DNA from: an uncultured Planctomycetaceae bacterium
GTDB taxonomy: Bacteria > Planctomycetota > Planctomycetia > Planctomycetales > Planctomycetaceae
Direction: 5' to 3'
Assembly (NCBI GenBank): GCA_964485095.1
Contig: CAZAIB010000056.1
Span: forward strand, 1-32,000
Length of the DNA: 32,000 nucleotides
Translations under genes and position numbers: made by a program
Notes under the pieces: generated by a model
What the model was told of the DNA's origin: nothing
Databases searched by the model: none
Seen by the model: the letters and a program-made list of their open reading frames with translations, nothing else
Shown here: positions 1-11,300 of the stretch, one piece after another
Layout of the letters: the number at the start of each line of letters is the position of its first letter
Numbering within the stretch: the stretch's first letter is position 1

Positions 1-228
1 CCATTCTGTCGCTCTCAAACATGAGCTTGTTGAATCGGTTCGAACTGTAGCAGTTTTGTCAATGCAGTGTTCCTCGGAATTCGCGCGATGCGACCGTGTT
101 TAAGTCGTCACAGAAGTTCTGATTTGGGCGAACCACCGTTGCCACAGCGGGGCAGGTTCAACTAGGCTTGCGCGTTTCGGCCGACGCCCGGCCGAGTTCA
201 AGAATTGCTGCCAAAAGACAAGATTTTT

Positions 229-3507
<3,279 letters not shown>

Positions 3508-3513
3508 GGGTCG

Positions 3514-3606
3514 TTTAAATTTGAAATCTGAAATCTGAAATCTGAGATTCGAAATCAGCGATTTGAGATCTGGAATCTGAATTTCGAATTTGAAATTTCA
3601 GATTCC
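3514..3606. repeat. AT-rich array of TGAAATC-like heptamers in a convergent intergenic region
   Basis: Three perfect tandem TGAAATC copies (3522..3542) are followed by degenerate copies (TGAGATTC, GAAATC, TGAGATC, TGGAATC, TGAATTTC, TGAAATTTC, AGATTC). About 30% G+C by my count. AATCTGAAAT (3525..3534 or 3532..3541) is complementary to ATTTCAGATT (3595..3604). Confidence 0.8.
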
Positions 3607-3631
3607 TACAACAACACCACCGCCGCGTTCT

Positions 3632-4552
3632 CTACGGCAAGATCACGGCACCTGCTGTAATCGCAGCTGCCTCAACCAACGCCGCTTTCTTGTTAAGCGG
3701 GATTCGGTACTTCAGCTTCGGAGCACAATCGCCTGGGCGAATCCAGCCCAGCGAATAACGTTTGCGATGGATTGGGTCGATTGCCATTTGGTACGGCAAT
3801 CCCAACAGCTGCGTTGTCATGCGACCCGCTGATGCGAATGGCTGGATGAGCGGATGGTACGCGTGACCGTACCGCTCCAGCGCCGGGTCTTCGAAGTACA
3901 GTGGGTAATGATGCAGGTTCGATGCCATCCAGTGGAACTCGATTGGAGTTCGCTCAGGTCGGACATATGTCTCGTTTCGCGTGGTGGAAAGTTTCGGAGG
4001 TAGTTCACTGTTGCGAATTCCCTGCAACCCATACTCAATGTTGGGCCGGATCTCACTTATATCGCGAGCTTCCAGGTCCAGTGTTGTCAGTGAATCTTCT
4101 TCCTCTTCCGAATCGCTGCCGTCCGAAGATCCGCCTTCATCGTCGTCGGATCCCAGGTCGTCATCATCGTCGTCGTCAGGATCCTCGTCATCGCCGCTCA
4201 GTCCAAAGTCTTCCATGTCTTTGTCAAAGTTTCCACCATCCTGGTCCTGCGTCCACGGCTTTGAGTAGCCGCCGCGTCGACCCATCGGCAAATCGGACAG
4301 GCGTCTGGTCGGTCTGTGATACTGGTGGTACTGAGGAGCGGCCGTGCTAATTGCAGGCGCTTGGTTCACAACGGGCTTTGCGGCGGGCTGGAAAACGCGT
4401 TGTTGGGTCACGCGTTGAATTGGCTTGGTCACTGCCGACTTCATCGCGGCAAAACGCGATCTCCATTGCGAAACAGGCTTTGCCTGCTGCGCTTCGGCGG
4501 CCGCACCGACTGTCAGAACGGCTGCCGACAACAGCAAAGCACGAACACACAA
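3632..4552 (-). CDS. Secreted hypothetical protein with poly-acidic tract and cysteine/histidine/tryptophan-containing C-terminal domain
   Basis: Track ORF 3632..4690. Starts at 4690 and 4621 (ATG) overlap the guaB 3' end by 134 and 65 nt. TTG at 4552 lies 4 nt after the guaB stop and gives a signal-peptide-like N-terminus (CVRALLLSAAVLTVGAAAEA). It contains DDEDPDDDDDDDLGSDDDEGGSSDGSDSEEEED. I recognise no family. The start is uncertain. Confidence 0.7.
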   Translation of the reverse strand: MCVRALLLSAAVLTVGAAAEAQQAKPVSQWRSRFAAMKSAVTKPIQRVTQQRVFQPAAKPVVNQAPAISTAAPQYHQYHRPTRRLSDLPMGRRGGYSKPWTQDQDGGNFDKDMEDFGLSGDDEDPDDDDDDDLGSDDDEGGSSDGSDSEEEEDSLTTLDLEARDISEIRPNIEYGLQGIRNSELPPKLSTTRNETYVRPERTPIEFHWMASNLHHYPLYFEDPALERYGHAYHPLIQPFASAGRMTTQLLGLPYQMAIDPIHRKRYSLGWIRPGDCAPKLKYRIPLNKKAALVEAAAITAGAVILP

Positions 4553-4556
4553 ACGC

Positions 4557-6032
4557 TTAGACCGCGTCTGGCGAGTGTTCCACCGAGTAATTTGGTGCTT
4601 CCTGAGTGATCGCAATGTCATGCGGATGGTTCTCCCTAACCGACGCCGCTGTAATTTTGATGAACTCCGTTTCCGTACGAAGCTCTTCAATCGTCTGTGT
4701 CCCCACGTAGCCCATTCCTGACCGGAGTCCTCCGATCATTTGGTACAGCACCGGTTGCAGGGCCCCTTTGTAGGGAACCCGGCCTTCGACGCCTTCCGGA
4801 ACAAGCTTCTGCCTGTCGTTCTTCTTATCGCCTTGTCGGTATCGGTCACTGCTGCCTTTCACCATGGCTCCCAGAGATCCCATGCCACGGTACCGCTTAA
4901 AGCTGCGGCCCTTGTACAGGATCATCTCACCCGGGCTTTCATCGACTCCAGCCAGCAAACCGCCAACCATCACCGTGTACGCTCCGGCCGCGAGTGCCTT
5001 TACGATGTCGCCGCTATACCTGATACCTCCATCAGCAATCAGTGGTATACCTGATCCGGCAAGGGCCTTCGCAGCTCCGGCAACCGCCGAAAGCTGTGGC
5101 ATTCCCACACCGGAAATGATTCGTGTTGTGCAGATCGAACCGGGACCAATCCCAACCTTCACCGCGTCTGCTCCAGCGTCAGCCAGAGCCTTTGCACCTT
5201 CGCCAGTCGCCACGTTGCCGGCAATGACGTCGATGTCATACTGCTTCTTAATCTCTTTGACCGTGTCCATCACGTTCTTCGAGTGACCATGCGCGCTGTC
5301 GACGATTAGCACGTCCACTCCGGAATCAATCAGGCTGCCCGCGCGTTCGTAGTCGAACACACCAACGGCGGCTCCAACTCGCAGGCGACCTCGGTCATCT
5401 TTCGAAGCCCGCGGATACCGCAGGTTCTTGTCGATGTCCTTGATCGTGATTAATCCCTTTAATCGATATTCATCGTCCACAAGTAAAAGTTTCTCTACCT
5501 TATTCTCCAGCAGAATCCGCTGGGCATCGCTCAAATCCGTGTTTGGCGGGGCCGTAATCAGGTTTTCGCTGGTCATCACATCAGCGATTTTTTCGTCTTC
5601 CGAATCCCGGAACCGCAGGTCCCGGCTGGTCAGGATTCCGACCAGCTTGCCGTCCACCGTGATCGGAACACCGCCGATATTGCGTTCTTCCATCATGCGA
5701 GCAGCCTGGCCGACGGTCGAGTCGGGCGACAGCGTGACGGGATCCACAATGACGCCGTGTTCGCTGCGTTTGACAGCATCTACTTCCAAAGCCTGCCGTT
5801 CGACAGACATGTTCTTGTGGATGATGCCGATGCCGCCTTCCTGAGCCATCGCGATGGCCATGTCACTTTCGGTGACCGTGTCCATGGGACTGCTGATGAT
5901 GGGAATGCTGAGCTTGATATTACGAGTCAACGACGAACTCACGTCGGCGGAGGCTGGCATCACTTCGCTATAGCGAGGAACCATCAGGACGTCGTCGAAT
6001 GTGAGTCCTTCAAACTTAATGCGGTCTTCCAT
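4557..6032 (-). CDS. guaB: IMP dehydrogenase
   Basis: Catalytic-Cys loop [37 protein letters not shown] and YRGMGS, with a CBS pair in the middle. ATG at 6032 is preceded by GAGGAG about 9 nt upstream. The track start at 6050 is TTG inside that SD-like region. Confidence 0.97.
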   Translation of the reverse strand: MEDRIKFEGLTFDDVLMVPRYSEVMPASADVSSSLTRNIKLSIPIISSPMDTVTESDMAIAMAQEGGIGIIHKNMSVERQALEVDAVKRSEHGVIVDPVTLSPDSTVGQAARMMEERNIGGVPITVDGKLVGILTSRDLRFRDSEDEKIADVMTSENLITAPPNTDLSDAQRILLENKVEKLLLVDDEYRLKGLITIKDIDKNLRYPRASKDDRGRLRVGAAVGVFDYERAGSLIDSGVDVLIVDSAHGHSKNVMDTVKEIKKQYDIDVIAGNVATGEGAKALADAGADAVKVGIGPGSICTTRIISGVGMPQLSAVAGAAKALAGSGIPLIADGGIRYSGDIVKALAAGAYTVMVGGLLAGVDESPGEMILYKGRSFKRYRGMGSLGAMVKGSSDRYRQGDKKNDRQKLVPEGVEGRVPYKGALQPVLYQMIGGLRSGMGYVGTQTIEELRTETEFIKITAASVRENHPHDIAITQEAPNYSVEHSPDAV

Positions 6033-6129
6033 GGTCTTTCGTCTCCTCAATCCTGATAGCCGTTTACTGTTCGAACCGGAAACGGTTCGCGGCTAAGTTC
6101 GTCTGTGGGGAAGTCTGCCGACTTCCGCT

Positions 6130-7065
6130 TTATTGATCTTTCAGTCCGTCGATTGCATCAGATGCTTTGACTGCCTTTTGGATTCGCTTCGAAAGAGCGA
6201 CAAGGCGATCGACACTTTGCGCTTCTGCTCTCGCGCTTTCCGGGAATTCCATTTCGGCCAGAATGTCGCTGATGACAGACTTGTCGATTTGTTTTCGGTA
6301 CATGCCACGCAGCACGCCACGCATGAGTTTGCGGCGCTGGTGAAACAGCCGCCGAACAAAGTCCTGGTAGAAGTCTCGATCGCCAATCGCCTTCCGGCGT
6401 TCGTGTTGTGGTCGCAAAAGTACGATGGCTGAATTGACTTTTGGTCGCGGCCAGAAAACCTGCGGGCCGAGTGTCTTCAACACTTTCACGAAGCACTGAG
6501 CCTGCAACCAGGCAGACAATGCTCCATAGTGCGATGACTTAGGCCTGGCCGCCATGCGCTGGCCGAGTTCCAACTGGATCGTGATGACCATCCGCTTCCA
6601 CGGCAGGTCGGTCGCAACAAGGTTCGAAACCACCGGCGTCGCGACGTTGTAAGGCAAGTTCGAAACCAGCTTCAGGCGGCTATTCGGAATCGAATCCAGC
6701 TTCTCCTGAACAACCTCCATCACGGCAGGCGATAAAGTGTTTTTGTTCTTCAGGATATCCGTCTTCAGTAGCGTGACATTGTCCGCATGCTGCACGGCTT
6801 CCTGAGCCAGCGGGAACACGTTCTCATCCAGTTCGACGGACACCACATGTCCGGCTCCCTGAACAAGGAACGCGGTCATACCTCCGGTTCCGGCTCCGAC
6901 TTCCAGCACAACATCGCGTTCGTCAATCTCCGCGCTGCGGGCGATGAATTCGACCAGATTCACATCAATCAGAAAGTTCTGACCAAGTTCTCTGCGCGGG
7001 TTGTAGCCGTGACGCTCAAACAGCGCCATGAGGTGTGATCGAGTCTGGCGATCAGCATCTTTCAT
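6130..7065 (-). CDS. rsmA: 16S rRNA (adenine1518/1519-N6)-dimethyltransferase
   Basis: KsgA/RsmA motifs LGQNFLID, SAM-binding VLEVGAGTGGMT and SNLPYNVATP. Length 311 aa. Confidence 0.95.
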   Translation of the reverse strand: MKDADRQTRSHLMALFERHGYNPRRELGQNFLIDVNLVEFIARSAEIDERDVVLEVGAGTGGMTAFLVQGAGHVVSVELDENVFPLAQEAVQHADNVTLLKTDILKNKNTLSPAVMEVVQEKLDSIPNSRLKLVSNLPYNVATPVVSNLVATDLPWKRMVITIQLELGQRMAARPKSSHYGALSAWLQAQCFVKVLKTLGPQVFWPRPKVNSAIVLLRPQHERRKAIGDRDFYQDFVRRLFHQRRKLMRGVLRGMYRKQIDKSVISDILAEMEFPESARAEAQSVDRLVALSKRIQKAVKASDAIDGLKDQ

Positions 7066-7242
7066 ACGGTCAGAAAACGCGGCTGTACAATTCGCGCCCG
7101 AAAGAGTCCTGTGGTTGCTGGCTTCCCAACGACCGAAGTCGGATCAGGGGCTGCCAGAAGAAATTGATCCGACTGAATATATTCGGAATGGCTCAGACAT
7201 TGAAGCTCTAGCGCCTGAGATTGAGTGCGGAATAGAACTTTC

Positions 7243-7266
7243 CGCGGCTTTTCCCCGAAAGCCGCG
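7243..7266 (-). terminator. Candidate intrinsic terminator downstream of the 7300..8346 gene
   Basis: Perfect 9-bp stem CGCGGCTTT / AAAGCCGCG with a 6-nt loop, 34 nt after the TAG stop at 7300. The trailing sequence on the minus strand (GAAAGUUCUAUUCC) is only moderately U-rich. Confidence 0.4.
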
Positions 7267-7299
7267 ATCGATAGTCGATCTCTGTTCCTGATTTAGGCT

Positions 7300-8346
7300 C
7301 TAACGCTGGTAGATCGGAAGGAACCGGTATTCGACAGCGAGAGCCAGAACGGCCATCGTAGTGGCGTAAATTTCGCCAGCCTTCTTTTCGCTGCCCTGGC
7401 GTGCTCGCCAACTGCCGTCGGCCCGTTGTTCGGACAGGATCGTTTCATACATGATCGGGCGGATGCGTTTCCAGTAATCGCCCCCGATTTTGAACATGCC
7501 GACCGTGCAGTAGTAGGCACCGTAATAGAAGTACGCATCGCTGCGCTGCAGTGGGCGATTCAGAATCTGAGACGCCGCGCCGAGTGCTTCTTTGGAGTGA
7601 TGATCGCCGCACACTTCCAAAGCAACGATTCCGGTTCCTGCGCGGGTTGCTGAGGAACTATGTCCGCTTTGATAGCCAAACCCGCGGTTCCCCTGCGTTC
7701 GCAGGCGGCGGACGTAGGCAATGGCATCGTCGATGTTTTCCGCCGGCACGTCGCAGCCCGCATCCTTCGCGGCTCGCAAAGCCAATAGCTGCCATGCACT
7801 GACGCTTAGGTCGCTGTCCGTGCTGGTCGTGTAGTAACGCCAGCCACCTTTGTGAGCCGGTTCTTTGCGATGATTTTGAGCAGCAAGGATGAGCTTGATC
7901 GCGCGTTCAAGGCCTTTCTCTACCTGGTCGGCCATTGAGTTGTCGACCATACCGTAGACTTCCGCCAGCATGAGCGAACTAATGCCGTGACTGTACATCG
8001 GCCCGTGGCTTCGGCCTTTGCCAACCAGCATTCCGTTGGGCTGCTGCTGACTCAGAACCCACCGGACGCCTCGACTAATCTGCAGTCCGTACGGCCCTTC
8101 GTCAGGCACGTGACCGGCGGCCATGAAAGCCATGATTGCCAGCGATGTGGTCGCCGTCGATTTTCCGAATCCACCCGCTTGCCACGAACCATCCTCGTTT
8201 TGTTCCTCAGAAATATACCGCAGCGCCCGGACGATGGATTCGTCGATGGATTTCTGTCGCTGTGCTTCGGCTCTGTCCTGGAACGCGAATGCAGCCGGAG
8301 TGCAAATTGTTGAGAGTACTATCGCAACGCTGATGATGCGGATCAC
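7300..8346 (-). CDS. Secreted prenyltransferase/squalene-oxidase-repeat (alpha/alpha-toroid-like) protein
   Basis: Signal peptide MIRIISVAIVLSTICTPAAFA|FQ. Recurrent terpenoid-cyclase-type repeats: QNEDGSWQ, QQPNGML, HKGGWRYY, QRADGSWRA. The GTG start overlaps the TGA stop of the upstream giant gene (GTGA at 8343..8346). Confidence 0.8.
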   Translation of the reverse strand: MIRIISVAIVLSTICTPAAFAFQDRAEAQRQKSIDESIVRALRYISEEQNEDGSWQAGGFGKSTATTSLAIMAFMAAGHVPDEGPYGLQISRGVRWVLSQQQPNGMLVGKGRSHGPMYSHGISSLMLAEVYGMVDNSMADQVEKGLERAIKLILAAQNHRKEPAHKGGWRYYTTSTDSDLSVSAWQLLALRAAKDAGCDVPAENIDDAIAYVRRLRTQGNRGFGYQSGHSSSATRAGTGIVALEVCGDHHSKEALGAASQILNRPLQRSDAYFYYGAYYCTVGMFKIGGDYWKRIRPIMYETILSEQRADGSWRARQGSEKKAGEIYATTMAVLALAVEYRFLPIYQR

Positions 8347-11300
8347 TTGTCGGCTTTCGGTTTGGTGGCTGGCTTTGAGTCCGAGTCTGTTGCTTTGGCA
8401 ATTTCGCGGAAGTAACCCCGAATCAACCTGGCGTAGTCGCCGTTCGGGTTCTTCCCTGCACCTTGCAGGATTTCGGTTTGCAGGTGTCCGGGTAGTTTGC
8501 CCCAGTCGCGACTTTCGCGGTTGCCGAGCAGTTCTTCCAGCCGTCCATCGCGGTCTGGCGGGTTGCCACCGGCTTCGGTGTTCTCACCGGTGCGACTCAC
8601 GCCCTGGTCGCCGGTTTTACCTTCCCCAGGCTTTGGCAATGCATCCTTTGCGGCCTGCGACAACTGCTTTGCCGCATCCCGCAGTTGTTGGGATCCCATG
8701 CTTTTCCCCTGGCCCTTACCGTTCTGTTGTCCGTTGGGCTGAGGGTTTCCCTGCTGCGCATTCGGGTCGGGCGTTTGGCCGGGTTGCTTGCCCTTGCCCT
8801 GTTCCTTGCCCCCTTGTCCTTTACCCTTACCCTGACCCTCGCCTTCTCCTTCACCTTCGCCCTTCTTCTCACCAGGCTTTTGGCCTTCGCCAGGTTTTTG
8901 CCCTTCCTGATCGCCGGTTTCCTGACTGCCAGGTTTTTGGGCAAGTTCTTCGCCTGCTTCTTTGACGCTCTTCACCGCCTTCGCAAATTGCTCGCCAACT
9001 TCCTCTGGAACCGGACTCTCCTTCGTCTTGCCTTTGGACGCCTGTTGAGCCTTGTTGGCTGCGTCCTGCATTTTCTTTGCAGCTTCACGAGCTGATTGAG
9101 ACGCCTGCTTTGAGTTACTTTGCTTCGACTGCTGTCCAGCCTGCTGCGCTTTCTGTTGCGCTTGTTGTGCGGATTGCTGAGCCTCTTGGGCTTTGTCGCC
9201 CTGAGCCGGCCTATCGACTGGATTGGACTTCAAGTCCTCAGACGCTTCAGCCAGTTCCTTCGCAAGTTGTTCCATCTTTTTCGCAACTTCCTGCTGTCCT
9301 TCCTGGCGAGCCTGTCGCGCGGCGGCCGGGTCTTTTGCGGCCGCTTTTATGTCCTGAGCGAGCTTTTCCTGGTCAGCAGCAAGTTCTTTTGCCGCCTCAG
9401 ACAGTTTCTGCGAACGCGCGTCGCCCTGTTTGCCAAGTTGTTGACCGCTGGACTGTTGGTTCTTCGATGCCTGCTGAGCAGATTTAGCAGCCTGTTTATG
9501 CTGGCCAGCCTGAGCTTGTTCGGCCGCCTGCTTCGCCTGCTCAGCAGCTTGACGTGCTTGTCGAGCGGCAGGGTCTTTCTCGCCGCGATCAGCTTCTGCA
9601 ATTCGGGCCAGCTTGTCTGCTTCCTCAGCCAGTTTCTGCTGTCGCTTTGCCAGCTGCTGCGATTTGCTTCCCTGCTGCTGTCCCTGTTCTTGTTGTTTGG
9701 CAGCTTGCTGGAGCTGTTTGGCCAGTTGTTCCTGTTCCTTTGAAAGTTGCTTCGCGGATTCAGACAACTCCTGCGAGCGCTGGTCACCCTGTTTACTAAG
9801 TTCCTTGCTGCTGGATTGTTGGTTGTTTGACGCTTGCTGCGCAGACTGAGCGGCCTGCTTTTGAGAACCAGACTGTGCTTGATTGGCCGCTTGCTGTGCC
9901 TGCTGCGCGGCTTGTTGAGCCTGCTTGGTGGCCGGATCGTTCTTGCCACGCTGGGCTTCGGTTTTCGCCGCAAGCTGTTCAGCTGCGTTGGCCAGTTCTT
10001 GTTGTCGCTTCGCCAGCTGCTGCGATTCCTGCTGCTGTCCCTGTCCTTGTTGTTCGGCAGCTTTCTGCAGCTGTTTGGCTAGTTGTTCCTGTTCCTTTGA
10101 AAGTTGCTTCGCGGATTCAGACAACTCCTGCGAGCGCTGGTCACCCTGTTTACTAAGTTCCTTGCTGCTGGATTGTTGGTTGTTTGACGCTTGCTGCGCA
10201 GACTGAGCGGCCTGCTTTTGAGAACCAGACTGTGCTTGATTGGCCGCCTGCTGTGCCTGCTGCGCGGCTTGTTGAGCTTGCTTGGTGGCTGGATCGTTCT
10301 TGCCACGTTGGGCTTCGGTTTTCGCGGCAAGCTTTTCGGCTGCGTTGGCCAGTTCTTGTTGTCGCTTTGCCAGCTTCTGCGATTCACTTCCCTGCTCTTG
10401 TTGTTCGGCAGCTTTCTGTAGCTGTTTGGCTAGTTGTTCCTGTTCCTTTGAAAGTTGCTTTGCGGATTCGGACAACTCCTGCGAACGTTGGTCACCTTGT
10501 TTACTGAGTTCCTGACTGCTGGACTGTTGGTTGTTTGACGCTTGCTGTGCAGACTGAGCCGCCTGTTTTTGAGCACCAGACTGTGCTTGATTGGCCGCTT
10601 GCTGTGCCTGCTGCGCGGCTTGTTGAGCTTGCTTTGTGGCCGGATCGTTCGTGCCACGTTGGGCTTCGGTTTTCGCGGCAAGCTTCTCGGCAGCGTTGGC
10701 CAGTTCTTGTTGCTTCTGCGCAAGTTCTGATGCTCGCCGCTTCTGGGCTGCGGTTTTCGGATCCGCTTCTCGATCTTGCTGTTCCCGTTCTTCGCGAATC
10801 TTCCGCAGCGCGTCGGCAACTTCCTGGGCTTTTTGGCTGACCTGCTTCGACTTGGATACGAGCTGTTCGCGTTCCTGTTCTGACAGAGCTGCCTGGGCGT
10901 CTTTTTCCTGCTGGCTATTTCCGTTCGCGGCGTCCTGTGCTGAGTCATCGCCGGCGATACTCTGTGATTTCTGTTGCAGTTGTTCGGCCGCTTCCCGCAT
11001 GGCTTGTTCGGGTTGTTCAATGTCGCCCTGCTGGAGTTTTTGAACCGCCTCTTTGAGCGGCTTGGAATCCACCGTGTCCTCCAAACCCTTTTGTTTCATT
11101 TCGCGTTCAAGGCGTTCGGCTTCCCGCTGAACATCGCGGGCTTTCTGCATTGTGCTTTGCGATGCCGACCGGTTCTCGTTGGCTTCGTCCTGAAACGAAT
11201 CGGCGAGCCGGTTTTCCTGATTCGCCAATTCACGGGCTTGTTCGGCAACTTTCTGCAGCCGTTGCATTTGAGCCTTACGAGCCGCATCAACCAGTTCTGG

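Noticed and set aside
177-195. Hairpin TCGGCCG-ACGCC-CGGCCGA upstream of the SNF2 gene as a terminator of an upstream gene
   Set aside because: No U-tract follows it, and the upstream gene is outside the window (only a possible 16-codon tail ending at TAG 48..50). There is too little context to call it.
3514-3606. The heptamer island as a small RNA gene, tRNA or mini-CRISPR
   Set aside because: There is no cloverleaf potential, no repeat-spacer organisation (units are 7-8 bp and contiguous) and no promoter-like element. It is kept only as a repeat and probable bidirectional terminator.
9340-10725. The tandem repeat array as a CRISPR array or a DGR template/variable-repeat pair
   Set aside because: The 351-357-bp units are contiguous with no spacers and lie in frame inside one long ORF. 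Differences between units are mainly C/T transitions and are not adenine-specific. No cas gene or reverse transcriptase is in the window.
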